Shown in pieces: positions 1 to 10,119 of a DNA stretch of 64,000 nt (its first letter is position 1; the number at the start of each line of letters is the position of its first letter). The position numbers were made by a program, and so were the translations under genes. The notes beneath the pieces are model-generated. The model was not told where the DNA came from, did not search any database, and saw only the letters and a program-made list of their open reading frames with translations. The DNA lies in contig JBFWRL010000005.1 in assembly GCA_050248915.1 (NCBI GenBank), forward strand, positions 10,470 to 74,469. Direction: 5' to 3'. Origin of the DNA: Candidatus Sericytochromatia bacterium (lineage in GTDB: Bacteria > Cyanobacteriota > Sericytochromatia > UBA7694).

Positions 1-508
1 GCTGGCTGTCGACCATGAAGGTGTGCGTCCAGATATTCTGATTCTGGGCAAAGCCCTCTCTGGCGGCGTGCTGCCAGTCTCAGCTGTGCTGGCCGACGAT
101 GAAATTATGTTGTGTATCCAACCCGGAGAACACGGCTCAACCTATGGGGGCAATCCCCTGGCCTGCCGGGTCGCGCTCGCAGCACTGCAGGTGCTCAAAG
201 ACGAAAATCTGGCAGAGAATGCCGAAATCATGGGCGAACGCTTTCGTCAGGCCCTCGTGAAGCTGCAACAAGAAGTGCCGTTTATTTCCCATGTTCGCGG
301 CAAAGGCCTGCTCAATGCTGTGGTGATTGAACCCTTTGCGGATGGCCGCACAGCCTGGGACGTCTGCCTGGCCCTGAAAGATAAAGGCCTGCTCTGCAAA
401 CCCACCCATGGCGATATCATTCGCTTTGCCCCACCTCTGGTGATTGATTCTGCTCAAATGGAACAGAGCCTGGAGATCATCTCCGAAGTATTGGTGGGTT
501 TTGCCTAA
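1..508 (+). CDS. rocD: Ornithine--oxo-acid aminotransferase (class III PLP), 5'-truncated by the window edge
   Basis: Frame is open from position 2 ([11 protein letters not shown]...). PLP-lysine motif LGKALSGG, plus [20 protein letters not shown] and IIRFAPPL. Confidence 0.9.
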   Translation, partial: LAVDHEGVRPDILILGKALSGGVLPVSAVLADDEIMLCIQPGEHGSTYGGNPLACRVALAALQVLKDENLAENAEIMGERFRQALVKLQQEVPFISHVRGKGLLNAVVIEPFADGRTAWDVCLALKDKGLLCKPTHGDIIRFAPPLVIDSAQMEQSLEIISEVLVGFA

Positions 509-540
509 ACAAACACACCCATTGTGCTCAAACAGTCCAG

Positions 541-571
541 AAAAAAACCGGGGTTTTGGCCCCGGTTTTTT
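541..571. terminator. Bidirectional intrinsic terminator
   Basis: A7-CCGGGG-ttttgg-CCCCGG-T6 between the convergent rocD and 585..1169 genes. Confidence 0.85.
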
Positions 572-584
572 AATTTTTTTGGAA

Positions 585-1169
585 TTAGTCGCGTTCGGCT
601 TTGCGCACACCCGAAACCGTTGCGGCCTGTAAGGCATCGGGATAGCTGACATTGCTATTTTTGCCGCCAAAGAAGGTAGAGACACTGCCGACAGCCCGGC
701 CCACAACCCCTGTGTCGGGCTTTGAGAAATGTTCGCCCACTTTTTCTGCGCCTTTGTCGAGCAAATTGAGAGGCAAGGATACAACGGTTGAGACACCGCC
801 GAGGAGTGTGTGCAATCCCACTTGCAGAAAATTACCCACTGTCTGAGCCGAATTGCCGACAGCGCGCAGCGTATCACCTGCAGCTTGGCCAATTTCACCT
901 TTTTTCAGATGTTCCCAGCTGTCTCCCAAATTTTGTTTGACATCAGCGGCATCGTCATAGAGTTCAACCAGATTTTTGGCCTGACCTTCGGCAGCATATT
1001 CGGTAATGCCCATAGCAATGTCTTTGGGATAATCGAGCAGACCTTTGACAGTACCATCTTCGGGAGCCGGCTCCCCCCCAATCGCTTTCGGAACGCTGGG
1101 AGCAGGGGGTTCTACAGGCTTTGCAGATGGGGTTAAGGGCGTTTGAACAGACTGTGGCTGAATCATCAT
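585..1169 (-). CDS. Hypothetical protein (194 aa), Pro-rich N-terminus and amphipathic helices
   Basis: ORF with upstream AGGAG and a downstream terminator; no family recognised. Confidence 0.75.
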   Translation of the reverse strand: MMIQPQSVQTPLTPSAKPVEPPAPSVPKAIGGEPAPEDGTVKGLLDYPKDIAMGITEYAAEGQAKNLVELYDDAADVKQNLGDSWEHLKKGEIGQAAGDTLRAVGNSAQTVGNFLQVGLHTLLGGVSTVVSLPLNLLDKGAEKVGEHFSKPDTGVVGRAVGSVSTFFGGKNSNVSYPDALQAATVSGVRKAERD

Positions 1170-1303
1170 GGTGAAAAAGGGCTCCTGCGGGAAATATGAT
1201 CTTATTGTAGCTTATAACGGTCTGATTCAAAAATCTGAAGTCTCAGGCCATTTCTTTAATCAAAACTGAACAAAAGTTTGGCTGAGCTGCACGAAAACCA
1301 AAC

Positions 1304-1966
1304 TCAAGCGACCGAAACGGCCAATTTCGTGTAGCCCTTCAGAGTGGCCTCAAGCAGGTCACCGGTATGCACAGGCCCAACACCCGCGGGGGTTCCAGTA
1401 TAAATTAAATCACCGCGCTGCAAATCAAAAATGCCTGAGAGGTAGGCAATTAGGGCAGGAACAGAAAAAAGCATGTCTTTTAAGGATCCCTCTTGGCGCC
1501 TTTCGCCATTGACAGAGAGTTGAAAAGTCAGAGCTTCGGGAGCTTGAATGTGTTCTACAGGAATGAGCGTTGAAAGCGGGGCAGAAGTGGCAAACCCCTT
1601 GGCCACAGACCAGGGTTTGCCAGCAGCTTTGGCGCGGGCCTGCACATCGCGCAGGGTCATATCCAATCCAATGCCATACCCCAAAATGAGTTCAGAAGCC
1701 TGCCCCACCGAAACGGAGCCAGAGGTCTTCGCAATCGCCACAACGACCTCTACCTCATGGTGAACCTCTTGAGCAAACGCCGGGAGGCGAATCTGGCCTC
1801 CTGTGTACAAAATCGAAGATGCGGGTTTGAGAAAAATCACAGGTTCAGCCGGGCGTGGGCTCTGCATTTCTTGGGCATGTTCAAGATAGTTTAAGCCCAC
1901 GCAGTAGATCGTGGGCACCGGAATGCGTTCAACCCGCTCAGGGCTGTGGCACAACTCAAAATACAT
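1304..1966 (-). CDS. Fumarylacetoacetate hydrolase family protein
   Basis: CVGLNYxEH, PVIFLKP, HHEVE, GLDMTLRD, AKGF and GDLIYTGTPAGVG motifs. Confidence 0.93.
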   Translation of the reverse strand: MYFELCHSPERVERIPVPTIYCVGLNYLEHAQEMQSPRPAEPVIFLKPASSILYTGGQIRLPAFAQEVHHEVEVVVAIAKTSGSVSVGQASELILGYGIGLDMTLRDVQARAKAAGKPWSVAKGFATSAPLSTLIPVEHIQAPEALTFQLSVNGERRQEGSLKDMLFSVPALIAYLSGIFDLQRGDLIYTGTPAGVGPVHTGDLLEATLKGYTKLAVSVA

Positions 1967-4056
1967 CAGACAACCCCTTCAATCCGCTGCAAGCTGCGAA
2001 CCGTGCGTTTGGCCGGCAAAAGCATCGATTGTCGTGTTTCCAAATCGGGTTCAACCACACAGGTCAGGTGCGCCACTTGGTAATTCCCCTGTTTCTCAAT
2101 TTTGCGCTGCAATTGCTCGATACGCTCATCCATGAGAATTTTGACCCGGCGGGTCAAGACCTTGAGATTGAGGCTCAAATCAGTTTTGAGCGAAGTGAGA
2201 TCAACACTAACGCGGCCCAAATTATGGGTTTCAAGCGTCAAGGTCAATTTGAGCGGACGCTCACCATCGGGCCCCTGACGGGGATCGCGGGGATCGTAAT
2301 CCTGCTGGATATACAACTCAGCGGGATAACTCTCTTTATTGGCATGTACCATCAGGGGAATACAGTGTACAGGCAAATTCTGGGTCAACATTTCGCGGGC
2401 CATCAGATTGGAGTGAACCTTATCGACCTGAAAACCGACCTGCTCCAAGAGGCTTCGCAGGGTTTGTAGCAATTGCTGCTTTTCAGCATCTCCAGTCACG
2501 TGTTTGAGCTGTTCTTTAAGCTGCTCCTGATTGGCCTCAATCAGCTGGGCCAATTTGCTAAAGAGATCCAACCCATCCTGGTGCAAGAGACCTTGAATTT
2601 GTTTCGACAATTCAGGAAAAGCCTTGTGGAAAAGCTGTTGAAACTCATGCATTTTTTGCTCCATCAGGCCCGTCAATTGAATCACCTGCTGGTGCTGAAT
2701 AAAGAGCTGCTGATAGTCTTTGAGCTGCATATTCTCGGACAAATGCCCCGACAACTGCAAGATCTCACCGAGCAGTTTAATCATCCGGTAAATCCCCTCA
2801 TCGGGACTCATGACTTGGGCTTTGCCACCGGGACCAATCTTCTCGACAGGAGAAAGATCTCCTCCCGTTAGATACAAGTAGAGAGATTCTAAGGCTTTTT
2901 GTTCTTGCTGAGAATAGGCCTGCTGCATCGGCTGATTGATATTCAGTCCTTGAGAGCTGGACTTACCACCTTGAACCGTGTTGACGGCTTCAAGAGCCTG
3001 CTGGCGGGTTTCAGTCGTTTGCATGGCTTGAATTTTGAGGGCTGTGCTCTGCTCAGAGACCTTGTTGAAACCCTCACTGCGATTTTCGATCGCCTGGGAT
3101 TGCCCCGCAGCCTGTTGCACCACACTCGATTGGGCTGCCACTTGAGCCATGCCCTGAGGCGTGGAGAGAGCCGTAGATATAGCTGTGGGAATCACTTGGG
3201 GTGGCACGGTGCCGGGTGTTGTGACAGGCGCTGCGCCAAGTACAGCAGGAGAACCGGGCACTCCCTGCGTCTGTGGAGCATTTGCAGTTGGAATGGCGGT
3301 TGTGCCAACTGCCGCGGATGGAGCAAGCGTGGTGCCTGTCGCTGTTTGCATCCCTTGTGCAACAGCAGGGGGTGGCTGCGCTGCTCCTGCCTGCCCCGCA
3401 GGCAAAGCCAAAACAGCGCCAGGTGTTGTACCGGGCAGAACTCCTTGGGTCGAACCCGCCGGAACAGCCGCTTGGCCAGGGGGCAGAGCCAAAGCATGGG
3501 CCGCTTGGCCGGCAGGCAAAGCTGCCGTGCCTGTTGGCAAGGCAGGCAAGCCTTGCATTTGTTGCAATAACGCCCCCACATCTTTGGGCAAACTCTGCAT
3601 TTGCTGGGGCAAAGGCTGCCCATTCATAAACTGTTTCACGGCCATCACCGTTTGGCTGTTGACAGGCAAATCCTGGGTGAGGAGAACCACTGCCGCTTCA
3701 ATGGTGGCAGGGCTGCGATCGGGCAGTCCCGCCAAAGCATTCTGAACAATTTGCAAGGTCTGATTGCTGACAGGGTGACCGTAATTGGCCAAATTCTGGG
3801 CAATGGTCTGATTTTGTTGCGAAGGTTGGGCCCCCATTTCCAAGAGTGCATTCATGATATTTTGAACGCTGTGTTGAATAATGGGCTGAGCGGGGGCCTG
3901 AAATGGCGCTTGGGCAGGAGCCTGTGGCGGCGGAGGGGCTGTTCGGCCAGCGGGGGCATTGAGTATCAGGTCGGGAACGCCTCTGGGGATCGCTTCGGGT
4001 CCAATTGGCCCAGGAGGCAACCGCCCCTGAAGTGGATTTAAACCAGGGACTTCCAC
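1966..4056 (-). CDS. Flagellar hook-length control (FliK-like) protein
   Basis: Long Pro/Ala/Gln/Thr-rich linker. C-terminal LTLTLETHNLGRVSVDL...LSLNL resembles the FliK C-terminal (T3S4) domain. The stop overlaps the next start (TGATG). Confidence 0.6.
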   Translation of the reverse strand: MEVPGLNPLQGRLPPGPIGPEAIPRGVPDLILNAPAGRTAPPPPQAPAQAPFQAPAQPIIQHSVQNIMNALLEMGAQPSQQNQTIAQNLANYGHPVSNQTLQIVQNALAGLPDRSPATIEAAVVLLTQDLPVNSQTVMAVKQFMNGQPLPQQMQSLPKDVGALLQQMQGLPALPTGTAALPAGQAAHALALPPGQAAVPAGSTQGVLPGTTPGAVLALPAGQAGAAQPPPAVAQGMQTATGTTLAPSAAVGTTAIPTANAPQTQGVPGSPAVLGAAPVTTPGTVPPQVIPTAISTALSTPQGMAQVAAQSSVVQQAAGQSQAIENRSEGFNKVSEQSTALKIQAMQTTETRQQALEAVNTVQGGKSSSQGLNINQPMQQAYSQQEQKALESLYLYLTGGDLSPVEKIGPGGKAQVMSPDEGIYRMIKLLGEILQLSGHLSENMQLKDYQQLFIQHQQVIQLTGLMEQKMHEFQQLFHKAFPELSKQIQGLLHQDGLDLFSKLAQLIEANQEQLKEQLKHVTGDAEKQQLLQTLRSLLEQVGFQVDKVHSNLMAREMLTQNLPVHCIPLMVHANKESYPAELYIQQDYDPRDPRQGPDGERPLKLTLTLETHNLGRVSVDLTSLKTDLSLNLKVLTRRVKILMDERIEQLQRKIEKQGNYQVAHLTCVVEPDLETRQSMLLPAKRTVRSLQRIEGVV

Positions 4057-4110
4057 GCTGAGATCTCCCTTTCTGAATGGATTGGACAGAACCGAGCTGG
4101 CAAGATGATA

Positions 4111-4620
4111 CTAATTGATCTCCCCATCGCGCTCACGGGATTGGTTGATAAAATCGCTGGGTTTGAGCGTTTGGATAAAATCTTTAAAATCGCGGGTTTC
4201 TTTTTCTTCTTGAGCCGGGTTGATCGGAATCGCGCTGGAGAGCATGACTTCTTCTGAAACAAAAATCGGGCTTTCGGTGCGCAAGCCAATGGCAATAGCA
4301 TCGCTGGGGCGAGAGTCGATCTCCATTTGTTTGCCCTCTTTGGTGGTCACTTTCAGCACAGCAAAAAAGGTATTATCTTCCATGCGATTGACCACCACGC
4401 TGTTGACGATCACCCCCAATTGCTCCAGGGCGTTGACAAAGAGATCATGGGTAGCAGGGCGGGCCAAAGTGACGTTTTCCAAGGCCAACATAATCGAATT
4501 GGCCTCTGGCGGGCCAATCCAGATCATCAAAGCACGCCGTTCAGGAGTATCTCGCAAAACAACAATGGGGTTACGGGACTGGGGATCGAGAACAATCCCT
4601 GAAACGCGCATTTCTATCAT
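4111..4620 (-). CDS. Bifunctional nuclease family protein (DUF151)
   Basis: PIVVL, IWIGxxEA, RPxTHDL and DSRPSDAIA motifs; AAAGGAG SD. Confidence 0.92.
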   Translation of the reverse strand: MIEMRVSGIVLDPQSRNPIVVLRDTPERRALMIWIGPPEANSIMLALENVTLARPATHDLFVNALEQLGVIVNSVVVNRMEDNTFFAVLKVTTKEGKQMEIDSRPSDAIAIGLRTESPIFVSEEVMLSSAIPINPAQEEKETRDFKDFIQTLKPSDFINQSRERDGEIN

Positions 4621-4735
4621 GGAATAAGCTCCTTTGGTCTGCGCTTATTTTAACACGGAGCCAGAGAGCTTGTCCCTAATTTAGACAGAGCCTTTCCCAT
4701 CAGCCCGGTCTGTTATACTGGGAAGAATATAAACC

Positions 4736-7177
4736 ATGTACAGCGATGATGAAATTCAACAATTAAAGTGCTGTGGCCTGCTCCAGCAGCAAGGCCGCTG
4801 GGGAGAAATTGCGGTCATTTGCAAAGAGTTGCACGCCCAATATCCCCAAAATGCCGATGCTCTGCAAATCTGGGGCATCAGTGAGGCCCAAAAAGGTCAT
4901 CCCGAGACAGGAATCCAATATTTAAAACAAGCACTTGAACTCGCGCCCACAGCCGCCCATATCCACAATAATCTGGCCAATTTACTCTCAGGCCTGGGGC
5001 AAATGGATGCAGCGGCAGAACATTACCAACAGGCCCTGCAACACAACCCCCATCTCTCAGAAGCGCTGCACAATTTGGGCAATATCTACCGCAACCAGCA
5101 AAATTGGGAAAAGGCACTCAGCTATTATCAAAAAGCATTGACCCAATTGCCAATGCAGACCGCCATTCGTCTCTCTCTGGGGCAAATGCATGAAAAATTG
5201 CAGCATTGGGACGAGGCCCGTCAGCAGTATCAAAATGTCTGCCGCCAGGCTCCCCAGCTTTGGCAGGCCTGGTTTTATCTGGCGCATTTAGAGCATCAAT
5301 TGGAAAACAGTACTGCCGCTGAGGCTTTTTACCGTCAAACCCTCAAAGTTCAGCCTGGCCAACCCGACGCACTCTATTGGCTCGGAGAACTTTTGGCGCA
5401 ACACCATGTCTATGCCGAAGCCATTCAATGTTTTGAAGGGGTTCTGGCCCAAAATCCCGAGCACGCACTCAGCCACAACAGCCTTGGCAATATTTGGTAC
5501 CGCTGCAATCAATTGGAACAGGCCAAAGCGCATTACCAACAGGCCCTGGCAATTCAACCGGATTTTGTCCAGGTGATCAATAATTTGGCGGGTGTGGCCA
5601 TGGCACGCAGGGAATATGATCAGGCCTTGGCTTACGCCCAAGAGGCGGTGGAGAAAGCACCTGATTATGTCGATGCCTGGGAAAACCTGGGGGTCATTGC
5701 CCGCGAAATGCATAACCTGGAATTGGTTGAACAAGCATATGCCAAAGCCTTTGCCTTGCGGCCCCGCCCTGGATTACAGATTCGCAGAGCCCTCTTGTTG
5801 CCAGCCCTGTATCATTCACTTGAAGAAATGACGAGCTGGAAAGAGCGCTACCACCAAAACTTAGAGACACTTTTAAACGCCGAAATTCAGCTCCAGGATC
5901 CCGATGCAGAAGTCGGTGAATTGCCCTTTTATCTGCATTACCAGGGAGAGCCGAACCCGGATCTTCAGCACAAGCTGGCCCAATTTTATCAAAAAGCCTG
6001 TCCAGCGCTCAACTTCATCGCCCCTCACTGCCAGAATTATCAGCTGCCCACAGAGCGCAAAGTCAAAATTGGCTTTGTCTCCAAACATCTGCGCGGGCAC
6101 TCAATCGGAAAACTGATGCAGGGCATTATTGCCAACATGGATCGCGATCGTTTCGAGGTGTGCGTCTATCCCCTGATCGCACCCGATGATGAGCTCGGCC
6201 AAACCATCATGGCAAGCGCCGATCGGGCCCGAATTCTTACCCCCTCACTCTATGCTGCCCGACAAGAACTGGCAGAAGAAGCTTTGGATATTCTCTTTTA
6301 CCCGGATATTGGCATGGAATCGCTGTCTTATTTTCTGGCCATGGCCCGGTTGGCACCGCTGCAGGTCATGACATGGGGACACGGAACAACTTCGGGAATC
6401 GACAATCTGGACTGTTTTATATCGAGCGAGAACTTGGAAACAGAACAGTCAAAACAGGTCTATAGCGAAAAATTACTCTGTATGAAGGTGCTGTTTCCCT
6501 ATTATTTTCGCCCGCCGTTTGAAAAACAGGAAAAAACCCGTGCTGATTTTGGTCTGCCCGAAACGGGCCATCTCTATATCTGCCCCCAAAGCCTGTTTAA
6601 AATCCATCCCCAAACAGATCGTCTTTTCGAAGCCATTTTGAGCCGAGATCCCGAGAGCCACCTGGTTTTACTCGAAGGCATACATCCCCGCTGGAGTGCC
6701 ATTTTGCGTGCCCGTTTTGCCCGAGATTTGCCGTTGGTACAGGAGCGAATCTTGTTTTTACCCCGTCAAAATGAAGGCAATTTTTTGCAGTTGGTGGCAC
6801 TCTGTGATGTCAATTTAGACACCTGGCCCCTGTGTGGGGGCAATTCCAGTCTCGACACCTTGGTCACAGGGACACCGCTGATCACACTGACGGGAGAATG
6901 GCCCATACAGCGCCTAAGTGCCGCCATTTACCAACAAATGGGGGTGACAGAGTTAATTGCCAATCACCCAGAAGAATATCTGGCTTTGGCTTTAAAAACC
7001 GCCCAAGACAAAGCCTTTCGGGCAAAGGTTCAGACCCGCATCGCAGCTGGCCTCAAGCAAATCTATGAGAATCTATCAGCCGTACGTGAGTTAGAAAGTG
7101 TTTTATTAACTGAATTGAACCTGCGTAGCCAGAGCAAAACAGAGGCCCTGTCTAACCCCTCTTTTTCAGAACGCTAA
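4736..7177 (+). CDS. TPR-repeat O-GlcNAc-transferase-like protein (GT41/SPINDLY/HMW1C family)
   Basis: About 9-10 TPRs followed by KIGFVS..HSIGK, LDILFYPDIGM, RLAPLQ..WGH.TSG, PQSLFKIHP, LDTWP..GGNS and GTPLITL. Confidence 0.85.
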   Translation: MYSDDEIQQLKCCGLLQQQGRWGEIAVICKELHAQYPQNADALQIWGISEAQKGHPETGIQYLKQALELAPTAAHIHNNLANLLSGLGQMDAAAEHYQQALQHNPHLSEALHNLGNIYRNQQNWEKALSYYQKALTQLPMQTAIRLSLGQMHEKLQHWDEARQQYQNVCRQAPQLWQAWFYLAHLEHQLENSTAAEAFYRQTLKVQPGQPDALYWLGELLAQHHVYAEAIQCFEGVLAQNPEHALSHNSLGNIWYRCNQLEQAKAHYQQALAIQPDFVQVINNLAGVAMARREYDQALAYAQEAVEKAPDYVDAWENLGVIAREMHNLELVEQAYAKAFALRPRPGLQIRRALLLPALYHSLEEMTSWKERYHQNLETLLNAEIQLQDPDAEVGELPFYLHYQGEPNPDLQHKLAQFYQKACPALNFIAPHCQNYQLPTERKVKIGFVSKHLRGHSIGKLMQGIIANMDRDRFEVCVYPLIAPDDELGQTIMASADRARILTPSLYAARQELAEEALDILFYPDIGMESLSYFLAMARLAPLQVMTWGHGTTSGIDNLDCFISSENLETEQSKQVYSEKLLCMKVLFPYYFRPPFEKQEKTRADFGLPETGHLYICPQSLFKIHPQTDRLFEAILSRDPESHLVLLEGIHPRWSAILRARFARDLPLVQERILFLPRQNEGNFLQLVALCDVNLDTWPLCGGNSSLDTLVTGTPLITLTGEWPIQRLSAAIYQQMGVTELIANHPEEYLALALKTAQDKAFRAKVQTRIAAGLKQIYENLSAVRELESVLLTELNLRSQSKTEALSNPSFSER

Positions 7178-7196
7178 AATCGGGTAAAATCGGGAT

Positions 7197-7559
7197 ATGC
7201 GCATTTTGCTAATCGACGATGACAAAGATATTTTTGCCCTGGTCCGAATCGCCTTTCGTTCAGAGCCCGTGGAACTGATTTGGGCTGCTACAGGCTTAGA
7301 GGGGTTGCGTCTGTTTGACAAAAACCCTCCCGACTTGGTTCTGTGTGATATCGGGTTGCCTGATGTAGATGGTGTCCATCTGGCCCACGCCCTCTCAGAT
7401 CGCCAGCCAAATATCCCCCTGGTTTTTTTAACGGGCCACAACACAGATATGGACCGTGAGGATGCCAAAGCAACGGGAGCCCGCGACTATATCTGCAAAC
7501 CGTTTGAGATCCGCGAGTTGGTCAAACGCGTCAATGCGGTTTTGGCACAAGCGCAATGA
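7197..7559 (+). CDS. Single-domain response regulator (REC)
   Basis: ILLIDDD, phosphoacceptor D in CDIGLPDVDG, FLT and KPF. Confidence 0.92.
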   Translation: MRILLIDDDKDIFALVRIAFRSEPVELIWAATGLEGLRLFDKNPPDLVLCDIGLPDVDGVHLAHALSDRQPNIPLVFLTGHNTDMDREDAKATGARDYICKPFEIRELVKRVNAVLAQAQ

Positions 7560-7591
7560 TTCTGATTTTGGAAGAACGGGAAAGCTGAGAT

Positions 7592-7951
7592 ATGCGAATT
7601 CTGCTAATTGAAGACGATCCAGATATTTTTACGATTCTGGATATCCTTTTTCAAAGAGAAAAATTTGAATTGGTCTGGGCGGAAACAGCCCAAGAAGCCC
7701 TGCAAATTTTTGATGAAGCCTTACCAGATCTGATTATTTCTGATTTGGGTCTGCCAGATGTGGATGGCATGTTTTTGGTCCAGGTCTTCAAACAAAAATC
7801 ACCCAAAACCCCTGTTATTCTTTTGACTGCGCGTGACAACGAAGCTGACAAGGCCAGTATGCTCGCAGCAGGCGCCCAGGACTATGTCCTCAAACCGTTT
7901 GAACCCGAAGAGTTTATCAAACGGGTCAAGGTTTTTCAAACAGCCAGCTGA
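7592..7951 (+). CDS. Single-domain response regulator (REC), paralog of the upstream gene
   Basis: ILLIEDD, SDLGLPDVDG, LLTA and KPF. Confidence 0.92.
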   Translation: MRILLIEDDPDIFTILDILFQREKFELVWAETAQEALQIFDEALPDLIISDLGLPDVDGMFLVQVFKQKSPKTPVILLTARDNEADKASMLAAGAQDYVLKPFEPEEFIKRVKVFQTAS

Positions 7952-8003
7952 CCCCCCAAGAGAAGGGAGATTCTTGCAAGGCGATCGAGAATAGAGCGCG
8001 GTT

Positions 8004-8891
8004 TTAGCGGGCCAGTTGAGCAAACATCTCTGCATGGTTGGGGATCTTGATGGTCTGTCCCGGCTTGAGGCCTGTTACACCAGGATTTAATGCTTGAATT
8101 TCAACCCAACGATTGGGGTTGTCCAAATGCACATCAGCCAAATCTTCAAAGGTCTTCTGCCCCAACTCAACCACCACATGCCTAAAAGCGGGCAAAGCAG
8201 GCGGCGCAGCAGGGGGTTGAGCACTTGGGGGTTGATAGCTGCCATTGAGCAAAGCGCGGACGCCCGTTAAAACACGTTCAACCGAAAAATTATTGGAGGT
8301 ATCGATTTTTCGGCCTTTGGGCACAGCCACATCGCGATGGCGGGTAATCTGGTTCAAAGGCACCTGATAGGTTTGCACCAACCAGCCGACCAAACGAATA
8401 ATGCCATCGTATTGGGCATCCGAATAGGGCTCAAGGGAATCCCCCAAATTACAGATTTCAATCCCAATCGAAAAATTATTAACATCACCCACGCCATTAA
8501 ATTCACTTTTGCCCGCATGCCAGGAGCGGCGGTCGTCTGCCACAGGCTGCACAATCGAGCCATCGCGGTCAACAATATAATGTGAGCTGGCCCCTGCTTT
8601 GGGATTGGCAAAGAAACGGGCCACGGCCCGAGAATCCCCCGCCATAGCAGTATGATGCAAAACAATGGTGTTGATTTTAGCATTGGCGGGCCGTTCATTG
8701 TGATTGGGAGAGGGGATTTGCACCACCTCAGGGCGAACAACCGAACGCAGAGAGCGAGATTGGGCATTCAATGCGGGGGGGGTGAAGGACTGATTCACAG
8801 GCTGATTCAAAGGATTTGGCATCAAGGCGCAGGCGCTGAAAGCCAGGGTCGAGAGCAAGAGAGCAGTCAAAGACGCAGAAGTAGAGCGCAT
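8004..8891 (-). CDS. N-acetylmuramoyl-L-alanine amidase (Amidase_2) lipoprotein with C-terminal LysM-like domain
   Basis: Lipobox-like LAFSAC; IVLHHTA, SSHY, SWHAG, SIGIE and RHRD..RKID; C-terminal RWVEIQALNP...LKPGQTIKIP. ATG at 8891 preferred; ORF is open to 8906. Confidence 0.88.
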   Translation of the reverse strand: MRSTSASLTALLLSTLAFSACALMPNPLNQPVNQSFTPPALNAQSRSLRSVVRPEVVQIPSPNHNERPANAKINTIVLHHTAMAGDSRAVARFFANPKAGASSHYIVDRDGSIVQPVADDRRSWHAGKSEFNGVGDVNNFSIGIEICNLGDSLEPYSDAQYDGIIRLVGWLVQTYQVPLNQITRHRDVAVPKGRKIDTSNNFSVERVLTGVRALLNGSYQPPSAQPPAAPPALPAFRHVVVELGQKTFEDLADVHLDNPNRWVEIQALNPGVTGLKPGQTIKIPNHAEMFAQLAR

Positions 8892-8990
8892 AAAAATCCT
8901 TTGCACAACATTGGGATGAAGATCACGAGATTAAAAAAAGATTAACATAAAAACAGGTTTCGTTCAAGCCCTCAAACGCAGGGTTGAAGC

Positions 8991-10022
8991 CTAATAATAG
9001 AGCATCAGCGGCACTTTGTTTAAATGCTGCAAATGGGCCAGTCCTGCCTGCTCAATCGAAACAAACGGAGAGCGCTGCATGCGGGTGCTAAACATGTCCA
9101 ACCACTCGTTAATCGAAGGCTTGCTATAGTCTTTAACTTTGGCATCTTTGCCAACCTGGGTCATTTTTTTGAGCTGTTCCAGGGCAAATTGGTAATCCCC
9201 GAGGCGATCAACCAATTTGTGTTTTAAAGCTTGGTTGCCTGTATAAATCCGGCCATCAGCCAATTCCCGCACGCGGGCTTCGGGCAATTTTCGGCCCTGG
9301 GCCACCGCTTTGACAAAGTCTGAATAGGTATCGTCAATCATGGCTTGCAAAATGCGGGTCTCTTCGGGGGTCGTGGGCCGAAAAGGAGAGCCAATATCCT
9401 TGTGTTTGCCACTTTTGATCACGGTGGTGGCCAAACCGAGTTTATCGTAAAGTCCCTGCAATTTGGTGAATTGGGCAATCACGCCAATACTGCCGGTCAA
9501 GGTGGCAGGGTTGGCCACAATCTGATCTGCTGCACTGGCAATATAATAGCCGCCAGAGGCTGCCACATCGCCCATGGCAGCAACCACTTTGACCTTGCTG
9601 CTGGCTTTGATCGCTTGCAATTGCTGGTAAACCGCCTGAGACGCGGCAGCGGTTCCACCGGGACTGTTAATTTTGACCAACAGCCCTTTTACACCGTCTT
9701 TTTCGGCCTGGCGAATGGCCGCCACCAGCTTTTCGCCAGAGGCCCCACTGCCGCCACCAAAACCGCTGTCAGCCTGGTACATGATCGTGCCTTCGACAGC
9801 CAAAATGCCAATATCCACATGTTCAGCCAACAAACTTTCGGCCAATTCTTTGCCTGTTCGATTGCCATCAGCGGGAGAAGCGGGCTTGCGCACACCCATC
9901 ACCCAATTGCCCACGGCGGTGATCAGACAGAGCATTAACAGGGCAATCACAATGGTTTTTTCCTGACGATTGGCAGGCGGGGTTGACGAGGGACTCAGGG
10001 GCTGATCTGCTTGGGGCTCCAC
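8991..10022 (-). CDS. sppA: Signal peptide peptidase SppA (36K type)
   Basis: N-terminal TM; INSPGG, VAASGGYYIA, TLTGSIGV, KSGKHKD and ADGRIYTG. Confidence 0.93.
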   Translation of the reverse strand: MEPQADQPLSPSSTPPANRQEKTIVIALLMLCLITAVGNWVMGVRKPASPADGNRTGKELAESLLAEHVDIGILAVEGTIMYQADSGFGGGSGASGEKLVAAIRQAEKDGVKGLLVKINSPGGTAAASQAVYQQLQAIKASSKVKVVAAMGDVAASGGYYIASAADQIVANPATLTGSIGVIAQFTKLQGLYDKLGLATTVIKSGKHKDIGSPFRPTTPEETRILQAMIDDTYSDFVKAVAQGRKLPEARVRELADGRIYTGNQALKHKLVDRLGDYQFALEQLKKMTQVGKDAKVKDYSKPSINEWLDMFSTRMQRSPFVSIEQAGLAHLQHLNKVPLMLYY

Positions 10023-10119
10023 GACAGCTACTTCCTATTTCAAAAAAATGACGACCGAATAATTTGGATATCTACAAGTTGGACATCATTATACCCCGGC
10101 ATTGGGGCTTCTGCCGATC

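Noticed and set aside
137-898. 253-aa minus-strand ORF and the many other antisense or alternate-frame ORFs (for example 13937..14719, 15214..15951, 27909..28511)
   Set aside because: These are shadows of well-supported genes, with no motifs or SD support.
1204-1230. Sigma28-like promoter upstream of 585..1169
   Set aside because: The -35 match is poor and the spacing to ACCGTTAT is wrong.
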